This document shows positions 37,514 to 52,134 of a stretch of 64,000 nt of DNA, one piece after another. The stretch is taken from positions 1 to 64,000 of the forward strand of contig JAVECL010000014.1 in the NCBI GenBank assembly GCA_051942245.1, in the 5' to 3' direction. The notes beneath the pieces were generated by a model. The model saw nothing but the letters and a program-made list of their open reading frames with translations, did not search any database and had not been told where the DNA came from. Each line of letters starts with the position of its first letter. Position 1 is the stretch's first letter. The position numbers were made by a program, and so were the translations under genes. Source of the DNA: Trypethelium eluteriae. Lineage: Eukaryota.

Positions 37514-39430
37514 TCAGTGGTCGACCTCTGCAGGTAGCCATTTGGCGGTGGCAATCCTTGTTCGCTTTCCATAATACCACATGGGAACCGTCAACAAGGA
37601 AAAGATCCCGAGTAGCATACCAAATATTCCAAAAGGTTCGGCTGGTCCACGGTCCTGAATCCAGGAAGACACAAAGAATGTCCAAGCAAAAGAGATTATC
37701 GCCCTCAGAGTCGTAATCATTACGAAGCAATCGCCGCTCACTGCGTTGTATGCTTCGATTATCTAGCCCATCATTAGCGTCACCTTTCCAGGCAAGATAT
37801 CGGAAGCATTGGCAAGAACTTACGTAGTTAAATCCCACGCTTGGCACCTGCATTAACCCGAACGCCAGCATCCCCAATCCAAATTGCAAACCCACCCAGT
37901 TTTTTCCCCCAGGGTACTGTGCAGAGAAACCAAAAACCCACAATCCCGTCGTTGCCACAAACAAACTTGGTATCATCGTCAACAACCTCGATTCCGGCTC
38001 GGCGTAACCCCTTCCTCCCCCTCTCGCGTCCCGCGCGGCCTGCCTCTTGATCGACCAATCGGTGACAAAGTATGCATAGATTGCGCCCAATACCGTGCCA
38101 ATGATTCCTCCACTATCGATTGCACCTGCATTTTGACCCCACAGGTAAGGAGGGCCGGCAACGAGTTGCGGACCAATCGCAGAGATGGTTACGATGCCAC
38201 CCACGAGGCCGCCATATTGGAGCATTACGAGCCAGGTACCGGGATAGCGCAGCGTCAGCACAGGGCCAAGAAATTTACCAACAATATTGTTGCCTCTGTA
38301 GACGCCGATGCGTAGGCTGCGCTTGAAGGTGAACGGTGCATAGCTCGTACTGGATTCACCGACATAGGGCGCCTCTTCAACCCGCGACACCTGATGGTCC
38401 TTTTCGTCGACAGTGAGCGAGGTCGACGGAGACTCTACGGGCCGTGCGGTCTTTCTAGTAGTGCTGTGTTTAGAAGCCTCTTGGCGTTTTCCGTAGAGGG
38501 TTTCTGGTTGGAAGAAGAAGCAAAGGATCAAGACAGAGCCGGCGAGGATGGTATTGACCCATTGCGTCCAGCGCCAGCCACGGGTAGCGGCAATGTAAGA
38601 GCCTGTGAGAGCGCCGACGAGAGAACCTAGGGAGAGGAAGACGGTATAAATCGCCTGTAATAGTATGAGCAAGGAAAGATCGAATTCTTGAAGGAGCGAG
38701 GTACCATTGCACGACCACGCTGATGTATGAAAAAGACCTCTCCAACAACATCGGGTGCCACACAGTCAGCTGGTGCCATACCAATGCCCTGAAATATCCT
38801 TGCAACTAGCAAGCTTGTGAAGGTCTTTGCCTCGGCACACCACACCGAGCACAGTGTAAACATCAAGAGAGCGGTGAGGTTGACCGTTCTACGACCAAAG
38901 ATGTTGGCCAACGGCACCCACCATAAGTTTGAAGCACCTTGCATTAGAACATTGACCTGACATCAGTCGATTAGGTTCTAAACGCGCGTTTATTCTCCGG
39001 AGGGTCTAATACTTACAGACAGCAGATGAGTTAGGTTTGACACTGACGTTGGCTTTGGGGGGAAAGCCATGATCATGAATGGAATAGCACTGGAAAGACT
39101 CGCCGATGCAAAGTTAATGGTGAACGAATATAGTGACATGCATGCCAAAATGGCAAATTTTCGCCACAAGGGCCAATTGAGAGGGTCTGCAGGGTCGGCT
39201 GACGGTCGAGGAACGAGGACGATTCTGTCTTCTCCGGCTTCTCGTCCGGATTTCGTTCGCTCGAGCGCATGGTCTGTCAATACAGATCAGAAAGCTTAGG
39301 TCGACACGTTGAAAATAGAGTTTGCCTTTTTTGGACGGCACAGCTTACCCACGAGCTTGTCCGTGCCTGGCGGAAGAGCCTCCTTCACCTCTTCCTTTGA
39401 CAGCGAGAAGGCGTACTTGTATCCCACCAT
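37514..39430 (-). CDS. MFS transporter (HOL1/DHA1-like)
   Basis: LVPRPSADPADPLNWPLWRK, FGRR, VGEVFFIHQRG, GWRW, PETLY and EPESRL. Four introns. Confidence 0.88.
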
Positions 39431-40697
39431 AGCCTTGATGTACCCGCCAATATATATATAATGATCAATTTTCACCAGAAAAGAAGAATGCAGAAAGCTG
39501 CAGAATGTGAGATAGAAGCAGAAGGAGATGAAAATCTACCCACTTACCCGAATAGCGCTCATGCCTCAATTCTTATGGCTTACCTTTCGGAACTGGTGGA
39601 GGAAGACGCCTCAGCTCCTTTACCTTTCCTTGAAAATTCCGGGGACCCCAGATTTGGCCAGACTCGGTTGGTGCGCGCATCACTGCACTAGCTCGGCAAG
39701 GACGATATGTCATCGACCGTATCGTTGTATCTTGACCGGTGCTGTCCATTGACGATAGCCGAGTAGTCTAGATGTCGAAGGGTTTCGTGGTATACGATCA
39801 ATGCTATCAGCGAGAATTCCCCGGCTGGAATCTCATTGAATCAGCACAATTTGACCAAGGAAGATTTTCATCTGTCAGGACGTTGTTTTCTTGGAGTTCT
39901 TTCGTCTGATCCTTCAGGCTCGCTTGAATATGATTTGACAGGGTAGTCCAGGCTAGTGTTGTCCGAGTAGAATAGAGTACCGCAAAACCCTTCGGTACTC
40001 CGTCCTGCAATTATCCAAGGTCATCAGCTGAGGAAAGGTCAATCCAACAGAATTGCAGATCGCCCGCGTATGAGAGAATCTGCGGGCGTGCAAAATTTTA
40101 TCGCATGATAAATTCCGGACGCCAAAGATGAGTGACTGAAGTGGCAGCTTCGAATTCCTGGGTGACCGGCGTGAGGGTTGACGTCTTTGCCGACTCAAGA
40201 TGCCGGACTTCGAGGCACGCTTATCGTACCACTCGCCAGTGCCTTTGAACGGAGTACGGTGTACAGCTGCCTTAAAGTATGGTCTCGCTGTATCGCCGCA
40301 AGACTTTTTTGGGTCTCATCTGCTACCGATACTCTTCGTACGATATTTTGTGGTAACCCTTCTTTGGCATAGCTCTTAATCGTGTGCCCTACACCTGCTC
40401 CGTATACCCGATTACTGGACCATTCGCTACTGACGCTTCTATGGTGCTCTCAATTGAGCTCGTATCCTATACTAGTCTATAGAAACGGGTGTGGTTATCA
40501 ACCTCGATGAGATTGATATACACCGTTGTCTTGCACTAGAGGAATCCTTCGGCGAACGTACCGAGAGGCTAACTGTATGACTCAGATGAAGTCCCGCTTG
40601 GAGACGCGAAGTCCACCGCAAGTAATTTCGACATTTTGTTAACATCTTGGAAGGCACCTCAAAGCCGACTCAACCCCATCCGGCCACGGGCTTTATC

Positions 40698-41608
40698 ATG
40701 ACTGAAATCTTCAAACAATCGGAAGCATGTTGTAAAAACCCTCCCATAACCTCCAACAAGTACGAGCCAAAAGGCGAATTCATCATTCATAACAATACGA
40801 AAATGTGTATGTATTCATGGTCGTCAGTCCCTGTTCAACGTCCTAAGTGTACCTCTTTTCGCTTTGCGCTTGTTCAAATCACAAAAGAACGTATAGCAAC
40901 CAAGTATAAGTCATCTCATATTTAACACCAGATATCTCTGGTCCCCGCACCTCAACCCATGCCCTCCTAATTCTCTATGATATCTTTGGTTATTACCCGC
41001 AGACACTCCGCGGTGCCGATATACTCGCTTCCTCCGCCTACCTCACCATCATGCCTGATTTCTTCGATGGCCACCCTGCAGAGTATTCATGGTATCCCCC
41101 TAGCAGCCCCGAAAAGGAGGAGAATCTTAATACCTTCCTCGCTGGCCCGGCTGACACCCAAAAGACGCTTACTCGTCTGTGGTCTCTGAAAGCCTCCTTG
41201 GAACTCCTATTTCCCTCAATCTCATCTTGGGCCCTTCTGGGATATTGCTGGGGCGGCTACGTCGCCTTCCACGCTACCTCCAGATCTGACAAGCCCTTTG
41301 CGACGTGCGTACATCTGCACCCGGGCTTTCCATCCGCGGAGGTGGCAGCCAAGATATCGGTGCCAATGCTCGTGCTGAACTCGAGAGATGAGATTGACGA
41401 AGAGGAGAGGCTGCCGTTTGAGGAGGCATTGGGGCGGGAGGTTGGAAATGGGAAGGATATTAAGGAGAAGAGTCAAATTTTGACGTTCGAGGAGATGGAG
41501 CATGGCTGGATGAGCGCGCGGGCCAATTTGGAGGATCACAGCGTGAGGCAAGGGTACGAGCGGGGGTATGAGATTGTTAAGGAATGGTTGCGCGAGCACT
41601 TTACCTGA
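40698..41608 (+). CDS. Dienelactone hydrolase family protein
   Basis: SEACCKNPP, YDIFG, MPDFF, the GYCWGG nucleophile motif and HGW. One intron at about 40807-40931. Confidence 0.88.
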
Positions 41609-42835
41609 GCGTGTCCTAAGCGGCTGTACATAATCTATAGTGAGCACAGCCACAGCTCCTACTTTTGGTACCATCATTCTGAAAAATAGATGACCAATGA
41701 TTGGAATGAGTCCGAAAGAATTCCGGCCGACTCGGTGTGAAGAATGAGCCTATTGATAATACTTTCCATACTGCAGCTCAGGAAGGGGTTTCGTGTTTGA
41801 CAGCGGAGCTCTCGAGGATGACCACATGCATCATCAAGCAGCGTTTCCGAGCTCGAGAAAATAGCTTACCAAAGTGCTCTATGTGGATTTTATTGCATGA
41901 ACCCGCATACATTTGCTTCCCCACGCCAAAAGAAAAAAGAAGCCCAGCCCTTTTCTGCTTTTTGCGTCATTGATGTGCTTATGTGAAGATCTTTGGGAGA
42001 TTCATCTTGGTCCTCTGCCCTTTTGTAGTACTACCAGTCCAGATATGTCCATATATCGTACGCACATGCCGTCAAAAGCTTTAATACCCGCTCACAAAAT
42101 CTCAGGCTCGTCTTGCTCCTGGTGCCCCTGCCCATAGGTCGAGTTGGATAGTGGTTTGAACCTCGGCATCGTTACTTCGAGATTGATGATTCTTAAGTCG
42201 CTGACCGTCTGACCACTGGGAAAACTATACCGTAGTCGATAGCCATAATAACGGAAGACGACTAGAGGTCCTTCAACAATGCCGGATGAGTGGAGGAGGG
42301 GTTCCTCCGCTTATGCCGACCTTGTAAATACCTGATTCAGCATGCCCATACTCCGTACATGAGTACAATCTTCTCATGCGATTGCAATGCAGCGATATGC
42401 TTCACCTCGGTCAGCTACTTTACACTCATTTGAGAATTCGATCCCAGAATGAGCAGTTTGTGATGCATGATGTTCATTTTACGCAGCTGATTCCGATCGG
42501 AGGTGCAACGTATCTAATGCGCAACACGGTTACCTTCGGGCATATGAGCGGCCAAAGAAAGGCTTATGCCTCAAGTCTTGGATCAATAATGAGGAGTCCG
42601 TTGAACGACAAAATCATACCGAAGAGGGTATTATCGCCTCTGATCATGATCCGTAGAAGAATTCTGGAGTAGTTGACAGTGGAAGGACAATGTTACGCTA
42701 AGCTAGCCCGAGGTAAGTTTAGCGGAGACACGGTAAGGTGGAAGCTGAACGCAAGTGGGCGAGCCAATCCTCGACATCATCATCTCTCTGTTGTTGACCT
42801 CTACCCTCGCTTCCTTCTCTTGTCTCCTATGCAAT

Positions 42836-44252
42836 ATGATATTAGGCCAGATCTCGTATTTGGATTGTCTCGTTTTTATTGCTCTTCTCTTCCCGCAGCT
42901 GCTATTGCGTGTAGGATTTTGGAAATCGCTACAGGTTGCAATCAAAGCGTCACCATTTCTTGGTACGTGTCTTGGTGTCACTCCTCAACCAGCTCCAGAC
43001 TCATATTTAGCTATGAAGCAATTCTACTTCCAACCAAGTTCATACATGAGAGATTTCTCATCTCGAAAGATCGACAAACACCGTTTGTTCAGCAAGCTTC
43101 TCCCTTTCAGGATTTTGTGATTAGATGCGTTCGCTACGCATTCGCGAACATACCTGCAACAGTGGGCAAAGTCTTCTTCTCCAAAGAAGTTGCACTTCCA
43201 TTCTTCTACTTCCGCCTGCTTCGTCATAGGTACATGCAGTCGTCAGTCCCTTGGCGGGAGGTTAATCGAGTTTGTGGCATGGAAGCGTTTGTCTTCCTCC
43301 ACTTTGCTAATTTTGACGCAGGAAGGTGTCAAGGGGCTTTGGGTGACTATCGACGAATCTCGGCAACCGGATGTCGTCATTTACTATTGTCATGGTGCGT
43401 TCATACATTGTCAATGTTCAGGTCGCCGGCGAGGGCTCACACTCGGCAGGCGGCGGCTTTTCAATGGGCTCAAGTTATTTCTACATCGAATTTCTTCTTG
43501 CTTGGGTGGCACTCCTCAAGAAATCGGGACTTCATAATCCGGCTCTATTTGCCCTGGAATATTCACTAGCTCCGGATGCTGTGTATCCGACTCAGCTGCA
43601 GCAAACTCTAGCCGGTTATAATTACGTCCTTTCGCGAGTGGAAAACTCGTCACAAATCTGCGTTGGTGGAGACTCTGCTGGCGCTACACTTATCCTCGGC
43701 ATGCTGTTACAAAAATCTATGGATCCTAATGAGCGTCGCAATTTTCCCGGACTAGGCATACTAATATCGCCCTGGGTGACGCTGGTTTCTGTGAAAAATC
43801 GGAATACTCCAAGTGACTATCTCGATGCAGATAGCTTGCATCTTTACGGGAACCAATACGCCGGACCTATGGGCTCACTAGACGATCCGCTGGTCTCACC
43901 AGGAAAATGCAAAGACGTTGAATGGTGGAGAAGAGCAAGCCCCTTGCACGGATGGTCTTTTCTGTTCGGAACCGAAGAAGTCTTTGCACCCGAGACTAGA
44001 GATCTTATTCGACTACTAAAGAAAGCAAACGTGGATCTCAGTGTTCACGAGGAAAAGGGCTCAATTCATGCATGGCCTGTAGCGAGTCTATTTCTTGGGC
44101 GGAACCGGGATGAGAGACAGCACGGGCTTCGTAACATCGTCAAGGTCATCACGCAGACAGTTGGTCACGAGATCAAGGGCAACCAGAACGGCACTGCAAA
44201 CAAACTTCCGGCACCGCTCAAAGAAAAAGCCAGCAAGGCCACACGCGAATAG
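42836..44252 (+). CDS. Alpha/beta hydrolase, HSL-like (Say1/Mug180-like) with an N-terminal TM region
   Basis: MILGQISYLDCLVF; spliced HG|GGF oxyanion motif; GDSAG; HAW. Three introns. Confidence 0.85.
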
Positions 44253-47200
44253 GCCGGACTCCCAAAAACACACAGACCCTCTCATACCTCAGACTTCCCT
44301 TTTTTTTTTCTTTTAGTTTTGTGCAATGCCTGTGTTTGTCGTCCGAATCTCAGTTTCCCCCCATAGTTCATTAGCGGCAATCGTCTCCATCTTCCGCCAG
44401 TAGTTGGGAGAGCGACAAAAAGACCGTGCAGTTTGGCTCAGAACTGGCAATTCGCAAGCTTTATCGGTACCAAAGCTTTGCTGCATGCTCAATGCAATAT
44501 CCTCTTTCGCTTCCAGAAACTCTATCGCTGTGCGTAACCCGTTCTTGTTTCTCGCGACAAAAGATGCGAAATAAGTGCTCGCGTATTGGACATCAAATCT
44601 GCTCTTCCAGTTACTCAAATACTTCGGTATTATCATCTAGGACCTCTGCTTTGACGAAGGCAGCTGAGATTGGTTTGCCGCTATCTTCGCGCGGCTGCGG
44701 AAAGGGCCATATACGATGTTGATACATCTAGCCCGGAGGTCAACACCGATGCGGTTCACGGCTGTCGCACCGTTGGGTGCAAGCTCTCAAATAGCTTGCC
44801 AAGATTTGTATCAGAGATCGACTTATGCTCTTCCGCCCTTGATTTTCTGGACAACGTTCGGGAAGATGATATACTCAGCAAGACAAGAGGACAGGAAGTG
44901 ACAACCCCATGCATGAATATAGATAAAGTCTATCAGCTCAGCGGTGCTGCAACGCACGAAGCGTCAATTTCACGCCTTCAGACATGTCCGAGGGATAGTA
45001 CCACGAAGAGCAAGCGCACGACACCGGCTACGTGTGCCGTTATCTACTGTGTGTGAAATTGTGAGTATTCTCGTGGCATGGTCCATCAATTTGAAAGGAA
45101 CTCAGCATTCACATTGGCAAAGTGCCAGTTCATGTGATGGTGGGAGTCCAAGATGGGGTTCATACTAACTGCAGGCACCCAGAAGGTTGAACGTGCACAT
45201 GGGGTGAGCACCCGAAACCTGTGCATTGTGGTGTCTGTCCGCTGACCTAGCATCTCAGAGTAGAAGTCATGCTCTGAAAAAGAAGGAGGACTTAATTGCG
45301 GTATCTATGTGAGATGATGAAGCTTTGCCGAGCAGACGCTAAAGGGCCGCAAGACCATGCAAGACGCGATCCCGGCGATGCGGTAGTAATCGTTGTTGAG
45401 TAGCACAGGCACTAGGTATGTGCGCCAACTACCATCGCCAAAAGCAAAGATAGGCCAATCTTAATGTTCGCAAAACATGCATTCAAAGCGAAGCTTCTCA
45501 GAAATCTCAAAGTCTTGAGTCAAATAATAGAACGAAGAACAGCGAGGCCGCTAAATGCAAGAGAAGGAAGAGCTCAACGAAATCCGCGGACGGAACTGCA
45601 TACCTACACTGCCGAAATGCATGTATTGAAACGACTACCGGCAGCTAGCGACTCGTGTTCTCCTTCTCTCGTCCTGCCTCGCCTCCGCACTGACACCATC
45701 GTTGGTCGTTGCGTGGAATCGCTTTCTGCGACTATCCGAACAGTTGATGCACAAAGCTTCATTTCCCACGCACTCTCCCGGCCGACCTCTATTACTCATT
45801 TCGATTCGGATTTGCAAGTTGCTCTGAGCACCAGGTTGTCGTTTGTGCGATGTTTCCTTTTCAACGCCAGGACTATCATGTTCATGTTGGCGGTCATCTT
45901 TGATGTGGTGCACCGTACTACGTTCGTTGTGGCGTCCAACTTGAGGCTCTCGGAGCTGCTGTCGATCTCTGCTTAAGTGAAATTCCATCCTTGGACGCAG
46001 AGGCCTTTGATGTAGTCTTTTTGCCAGACTCCAGTTAGCTAGCATACGGGGCGATTCGAGGTCTAGATTATTATACTTACATTTCTCGAAGACTCTTCAT
46101 GTCCTGAAATAGCTCTCTTTCTTCCTGTTTCAACATCATGGCCTCGGCTGGGGAAATTCTCATAGCCAGACTCCCTTAATTTATCTCTCCAAAGGTTCCC
46201 AATATAGAGAAGAAATACTGAGATTGAAACAAAAATGGTCAGGAGCACGCTGTAGTAGTAGCTTCAAGTCAAAACGACTGGCAAATTCACCTACAGCTAG
46301 GTGCAGGAACGATTGATTTCATGCTGCACAATATGGCCTTGAAAGGATCGGCTTGGTGAATAGGGACAAGCAGTAGCCATAGTCATACCAAATCATTCAA
46401 GCAGCGCCCAAAGTGATCCGGAAGACTTCTGTTCCGAACTTTGCCAACTAGTGCGGGCCATGGAATGTGCCTTTCTGGAGCCCTCGATATACCACGAACA
46501 GGCAGGCGTAGCCCCGCGAAAAGCTTCAAAGGCAATTAAAGCCGAGTTCCTGGATTTGCGGTGACGCTCCCAACCAATCTTGATATTGTTTCATCATTAG
46601 CACAAGGAAATGTTTTCGGTTCGGGATACCGCTGTCAGGGTTCAGCACTGGGCGATCGGCAGCGTGGTCGAGATTCAGCTGTAAGGATCTGCTCCTTAGG
46701 GAGCTAGGTCCAATAGATTCGTCCTTAGCTGCCGCCAATGTGCGCGACACCACGGCTCTCATGTTTCCGGTGCAAGGCTAAGGGCTCCAAGCCGCCGCGC
46801 TTTTTGCTTACTGGTCAGTCAGCCAGCCAAACAAGGCCGAGTAGTGTCTCATACTGCTTCTGGCGACAGAAATATTCTGATGTCAGGCTACCTTTCGTAA
46901 TCCCATCTCCGGCTGAACTTGACATTCGCGTCCACCCGCTCTCAACTTCTCCGTAAGCTCTAATACAACCAAAGATTGGAGTGGGAAGAGGCATCATAAA
47001 CAGCAACTTTCAGCTGAAAATGTTTTAGAAGCTAGATGCGCTGGCCGAGGGACGCTGCGGCGATAGGATTAGAATATGTCACCTTCTACCTTCGCGTCAT
47101 GTCCAGATGTATTCTCTCTCCACTTTTCGGGCAATTTCTCGATCAATCTGAACAGGAAACACTTTATTCGGACAATTTCAAAAGTGAGGGAGTTGCGGGA

Positions 47201-47390
47201 CTCCATAGTTGTACAATTATCAACAAAGCCTTCCTCTCATGTGGATTTGCAGAGCGCCAACCTTATTCCCTGACTTTGAATGTAACGACATGAACACGAA
47301 TATCCAGATTCCTCATACCGTTAAGGTAAAAAGAGAAGATTGTAATACATTTGAACGCTTTCCCTCCACACAAAAGTCCCCAAGATTACC

Positions 47391-48575
47391 TTAAGGCTCA
47401 CAGTCACCATCATCCCCATCGTCCCCATCAGCAGCCGATGCTGCGCTTTGGGCTGCAGTCGTGGCTGAATAGGGCATGGCAGGACTTGCCTCCGACGTAG
47501 TGGGATTGAAATCACCGTCCTCGGGACACTCTCCGTCGTCATCCTCACCAGGAGCTCCTGCAGTAGTAGCAGCAGAAGATGGTTTCACGCTAGTAGCGAG
47601 GGTAGTGGGAACAGTAGTGGTGGTTGTCGATGAAACAGACGCGGTTATGCTATTGGCAAACGTACTAGCAGAAGCGGGAGCGACATCACTGGACGTGGAG
47701 CTGATCGAGGAGGCCGCTGTCGGAGCAGCTTCCACCAGAGATGAAGATGAAGTGGTAGCAGAGGACGAAACTGGTGTACCTGACGGGGCGACAGCAGAAG
47801 AAGGCGCGGCTGTAGAAGCCTGTGATAGGACGGTAGACGTCGCGACCGCACCAACAGACCAGACAGTCGGTCCGGGAACAGGGTAAGTGGAAAAACTACC
47901 ATAAAGATTGAAATGAACACCCGGGTCGCTGTCCTTGTATGCGCCAGGGAACGACACGCCAGCGGGCATAGCGGAGCCAGAACCTCCTGAAATCTTCAGC
48001 TGTGCACACTCAAAGTAAAATTGAGCTCCACGAGCGGAATTTTGGTCGTGTAAGGTGTCTGCTTCATGCAAGGCAATGATCTCCGGCCTCAGGAAATAGT
48101 TACCGTCCGCGACATCAGGAACGATGATACTGTGTTTGCCTTTATTGGAGATCAAGTCGTCTACAGCCCATCTCTTAGATGTTGCGTCATAGCCATGTTC
48201 AGCAATCTTTTGCCATATAGGACCGGAGCCTTGCGAAGAGGTCATGGGGGCCATGTAAACTTGAACCGGTCCTTTATGAGATGAAGCAATGATGTCGTCG
48301 CTGGCATCACGCGAATTGTGGTGCCACTCGAAAGTGACGTTATCACCGGGCTTGACACTGACATACTTAGGTGCAGGTACATTGTTGACGTTGCAGGCCA
48401 TATCGGGCGAGGTCAGGTCCTTGACAGGATTGTTGTTGGGGGGGCTCCTGATGTAACCGGTTCCGGTATTTCCAAGTCCTTGATCCACATCATTTACCCA
48501 CAGGGCATAGAGAGTAGTATGCGCCTGAGCAATGCTTGCGGCGACTGCAAGCGTTGAAAAAACGTAAGACTTCAT
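47391..48575 (-). CDS. AA9 lytic polysaccharide monooxygenase with a long S/T/A linker and acidic tail, intronless
   Basis: Signal peptide ends AQA|H (His1). [29 protein letters not shown] and [10 protein letters not shown]. Confidence 0.95.
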   Translation of the reverse strand: MKSYVFSTLAVAASIAQAHTTLYALWVNDVDQGLGNTGTGYIRSPPNNNPVKDLTSPDMACNVNNVPAPKYVSVKPGDNVTFEWHHNSRDASDDIIASSHKGPVQVYMAPMTSSQGSGPIWQKIAEHGYDATSKRWAVDDLISNKGKHSIIVPDVADGNYFLRPEIIALHEADTLHDQNSARGAQFYFECAQLKISGGSGSAMPAGVSFPGAYKDSDPGVHFNLYGSFSTYPVPGPTVWSVGAVATSTVLSQASTAAPSSAVAPSGTPVSSSATTSSSSLVEAAPTAASSISSTSSDVAPASASTFANSITASVSSTTTTTVPTTLATSVKPSSAATTAGAPGEDDDGECPEDGDFNPTTSEASPAMPYSATTAAQSAASAADGDDGDDGDCEP

Positions 48576-50071
48576 AGTTAAAGAATGGCAATAAAGAATA
48601 TTGGTAAAGACAGACTGGAAACGAAAAGGTTGCAGTAAACTGTACTGATGTCAAAGTAAAGAGTACCCGAACGAAGGAGCAGAAGGTACACCACAGACCT
48701 TATAAAGCAGTTTTCAGGTTCTTGAACTGAGAGGCATTTCCGGCCTGTTCGAGACCGAGTTTTACGAAGGACCGCTGGAGGCGGCTTGAGGGAGCTCTTG
48801 GCACTATATCTCACGCAACACCAGGCTCGCGAGGCGCTTGGCTTAGCGACACTTGACAGAATGGCGACTGTGTGTATGACTGGACTGTGCTCATAAATAG
48901 GACAAAGTGTGTTAGGAGGCTAAGTGGTCTCCAAACATATTCCTTTCTCGAAGCGACGCGGCACTACTGTATTAGGAAGGGCTACCTGTTTACGGAGTTC
49001 TACTGTAGAAGGGGAAGGCCCTAATTAGCACGTCACATTGGTGGTATATCCATGGAAAGCGGCTCTCGTGCTGTTCTGATTGGTACTGACTGGTATCCAG
49101 AGATTTCATGCAATGCACGGTTAGGGTTATCTTGAAGACGGTGTGGTAGATTATTGCGGAATTTCGCCGTCTTGGCAACCCCTGAGGCGATCAGTGGGAA
49201 ATGAGAACACGTGACAGCCCTAGGTAAAGGCACCTACCACCTGGCAGGTAGTTTCGCACAATGCTAAAGAGTAATAATTGTTCTTTAGGATCCCCAAGGA
49301 TCAGCAACGGGCGAAGAGGTATGCAAAAAGGTGAATTGGAAGAGCGCATATCTGGAAAGGACCAAATGGGGTACTCTAGGATATCGTATCATGCGTACTC
49401 CGTACTCCTCACGAATTCCGCCATTCCCTCATCCGGCTGCGCTGCTCCTTATCAAACAACGCTTAGAGATATCGGCGCATCGAACTGCATCAGTCGCATT
49501 ATCTATTAAAGTAGGGAAATCTTCCACTGCCTCGTCACTGATACTACCCAAGCCGCCTGGCCTTCCGTCCTCCCAGATTCACAGTACTTCTTATCGCTAG
49601 GCGTTTCACCATCGTCAGGTCCAGGAACTGCCCCTACATTCACCGCACTAGGCCTCCAAAAGCGAAAGTGCACAATATACCCTAACTACCAGAGTTTTGA
49701 ACAAACAGTTCGCAGCACTGGGCATAGCGGGATGATAGCTTTCTCGGCCGGAATGCCTTGTTGCGACCTCGTCACAACGATGGACTTCTCGATCAGTGAA
49801 TGCATATATCTACTATCTTCGAGCCAAACATTGCCTTCATAGTGGCTCTCGCTGATACCTTTACCCTCAAATTGTCCAAGTGACAAACTTGGTCGCATCC
49901 CTTCCAGGAGGAATCGTGAACAGCTTTGCATGCATTGCATTCCAAGCGGATATCAATGTGGCAAGCTCAGAACCGGCAAAGCTGAAGATCTGGCTGGACA
50001 GGAGCACCAACTGGTTGCAGAGAAGATCTTACTGCGGTTTCTCTCGTACAATGAGAATACTAGCGAGCAAT

Positions 50072-51564
50072 TCATGTGGCCGACTCTTCTCCTGTCTTCT
50101 TCTCGCGGTACACATCGCCAGTCAACCTGATCTCAAGCTCAGCATCCTTCCCGCGACCCTCGGCCTCAAGCTTCCTGACCAGTGGCAATACCTCACTTCC
50201 GAATTGCTCTACTTCCACTTCGTAATGAAGAAAAGCAGTCAACAAGATATTCACCCCCAGACTCTTCAACAACAAAATACGATCCGCAATTTGCTCCTTC
50301 GTTCCAATGAGTTTTGTTCTAAATCCGTCGTTATACTGAACGAGATCCTCAAATTTGGAGTTCGCCCACATTCCCGTCTTGTTGCTCGTACTAGCGCCGG
50401 CATTCTTGACTGCGTCCCCAAAAGCCTCAACCGCCTCTTTGTTGGCCTTGCCCTGAATCTCCTGCAACACCTGCACCGCTTCTCCTTCGGTTTCACGACA
50501 AATGACGAAGCCATTCACGGCAAACTTCACATCAGTTAAACGGCCTTCTCGCTCGGCGCGATTTTTAACGTCTTTAATCTGCGTCTGAAACCCCTCGAGC
50601 GTATTCCCATTCATGAAGTAATAGTCGGAGACGCTAGCAGCGTTTTCGCGCGCGTCAATGGAATTGCCTCCTTGAAAGATCTCGGGATGTGGGCGTCCAG
50701 GTCTCGAAATGGGCTTCGGCTGGAGAGGATAGTCGTGAAACTTTTTCGTGTTCGTTAGCGCTGTATAGACAACCTCTTAAGCGACTGCATAATTTACCTG
50801 ATAGAAATCGCCACTAAAATTGAACTTCTCCTGTGTCCAGATGCCCTTCAGACATCGGATGAACTCATTGCTTCGCCGGTATCGTTCGGCATGATCGAGC
50901 CACCATTGGCCAATGCTAGTGAACTCTGCCTTGAACCATCCGGAAACGATATTCACAGAAATCCGACTGAAGCATGTCAGGCTTGCACCATTGAACCAAT
51001 ATCCTCGGAATCTAGCTCACCCATTCGTGTATTGATCAATGCTCGCAATCTGCTTAGCTGCTACTGCTGGATTCCAGGGGCCAGGAAGAAGTGCAGCAAT
51101 TACGTTGAGTTTGGAGGTAAAGTGGAGCAAGGCTTGCGAGATTGAGACGGACTCATGTTGATGGTCCTATGAAGCGGGGCCTTGTCAGTAACTACTCTGC
51201 TTCATGAGATTAGAGCTCGCTCACAGCACCGTAGCCGGCCATGAATCGAATCTGTGACAATGCGTATTCAAAGCCAACCTTCTCAGCAATCTGAGCATAT
51301 CTGATGTTGGCGTCAAGAGTCCAATCAGTCTGTTGTGGGATTTTGGAGATAACAAGACCACCGGACACGTTCGGAACCCAATATCTAGGTCACGACATCA
51401 ATTCAATGACTCTAGGAATGGGAAGATGCATATAAGTCTTACGCAAATTTGATGCGATTTGGGTCTGAGTTCAGTTGATTAGCGTGATCCAATCCATTGT
51501 CCAACCCTCCATTGACGATTCTTCCGTGAATACCATTGGTACTACTTGTGGCCATTGTGGACAT
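50072..51564 (-). CDS. sfnG: SfnG-type dimethylsulfone monooxygenase (bacterial-luciferase-like, FMNH2-dependent), 4 introns
   Basis: Spliced translation IKFAYWVPNVSGGLVISKIPQ, GFEYALSQIRFMAGYGA, QHESVS, LPGPW, NIVSGWFKAEF, LDHAERYRRS, PEIFQGGNS, FEDLVQYNDGFRTKLIGT and FLHY. The ORF track shows only the last exon. Confidence 0.9.
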
Positions 51565-52134
51565 CTGGACAGAGGTACTTGTTGGTGCAAGAGAGGCAGA
51601 GTAGATTGATTAAGAAAAATAAATATGGGAAGCTCGACAAAGATAGCTTTCGTCGGCATACCGTGCCATGGTTTTCCTACCTGACATGCCCATTAGCGCA
51701 ACTAGCGCATCACTTACTATATCTATATCCACGACATTAGGGAGACCTCCAGCCGTCGACGCTTGTGTGGCTGGTATACTTGGAAGCAAGCTTTTCGCGA
51801 GAATTTGCAATACTTCGTCATAGCATGAGCCAGGTGGTAAGGTGGGGGTAACGACACAGGTTCATCTTGACCGATCGGCGGATTGCCGACATACAGGAAG
51901 TTAATCTGTCCGATGCCCACGACGATGCAGCGTGCCCTGCTTGACGAAGGAAAGCTTCTGAACCCTGAGATCCTCTGTGGTCCTCATTCGCTACCAATCC
52001 TTGAAGAGATCATTTCATCAGGCCTAGATTTACTCCACTGAAGGAAGTGAGAGACATCTACCGCAGAAAGTTGCTGTACTATGCCGACAGCCTGTTTGGA
52101 CGCATACGTGAACATAGCATCTTCTTGGTGAGCA

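Noticed and set aside
44300..47300. ORFs of 60-170 aa on both strands
   Set aside because: No family motifs. They are consistent with chance ORFs or an unrecognisable relic.
49880..50539. 219-aa + strand ORF
   Set aside because: Antisense shadow of the last sfnG exon.
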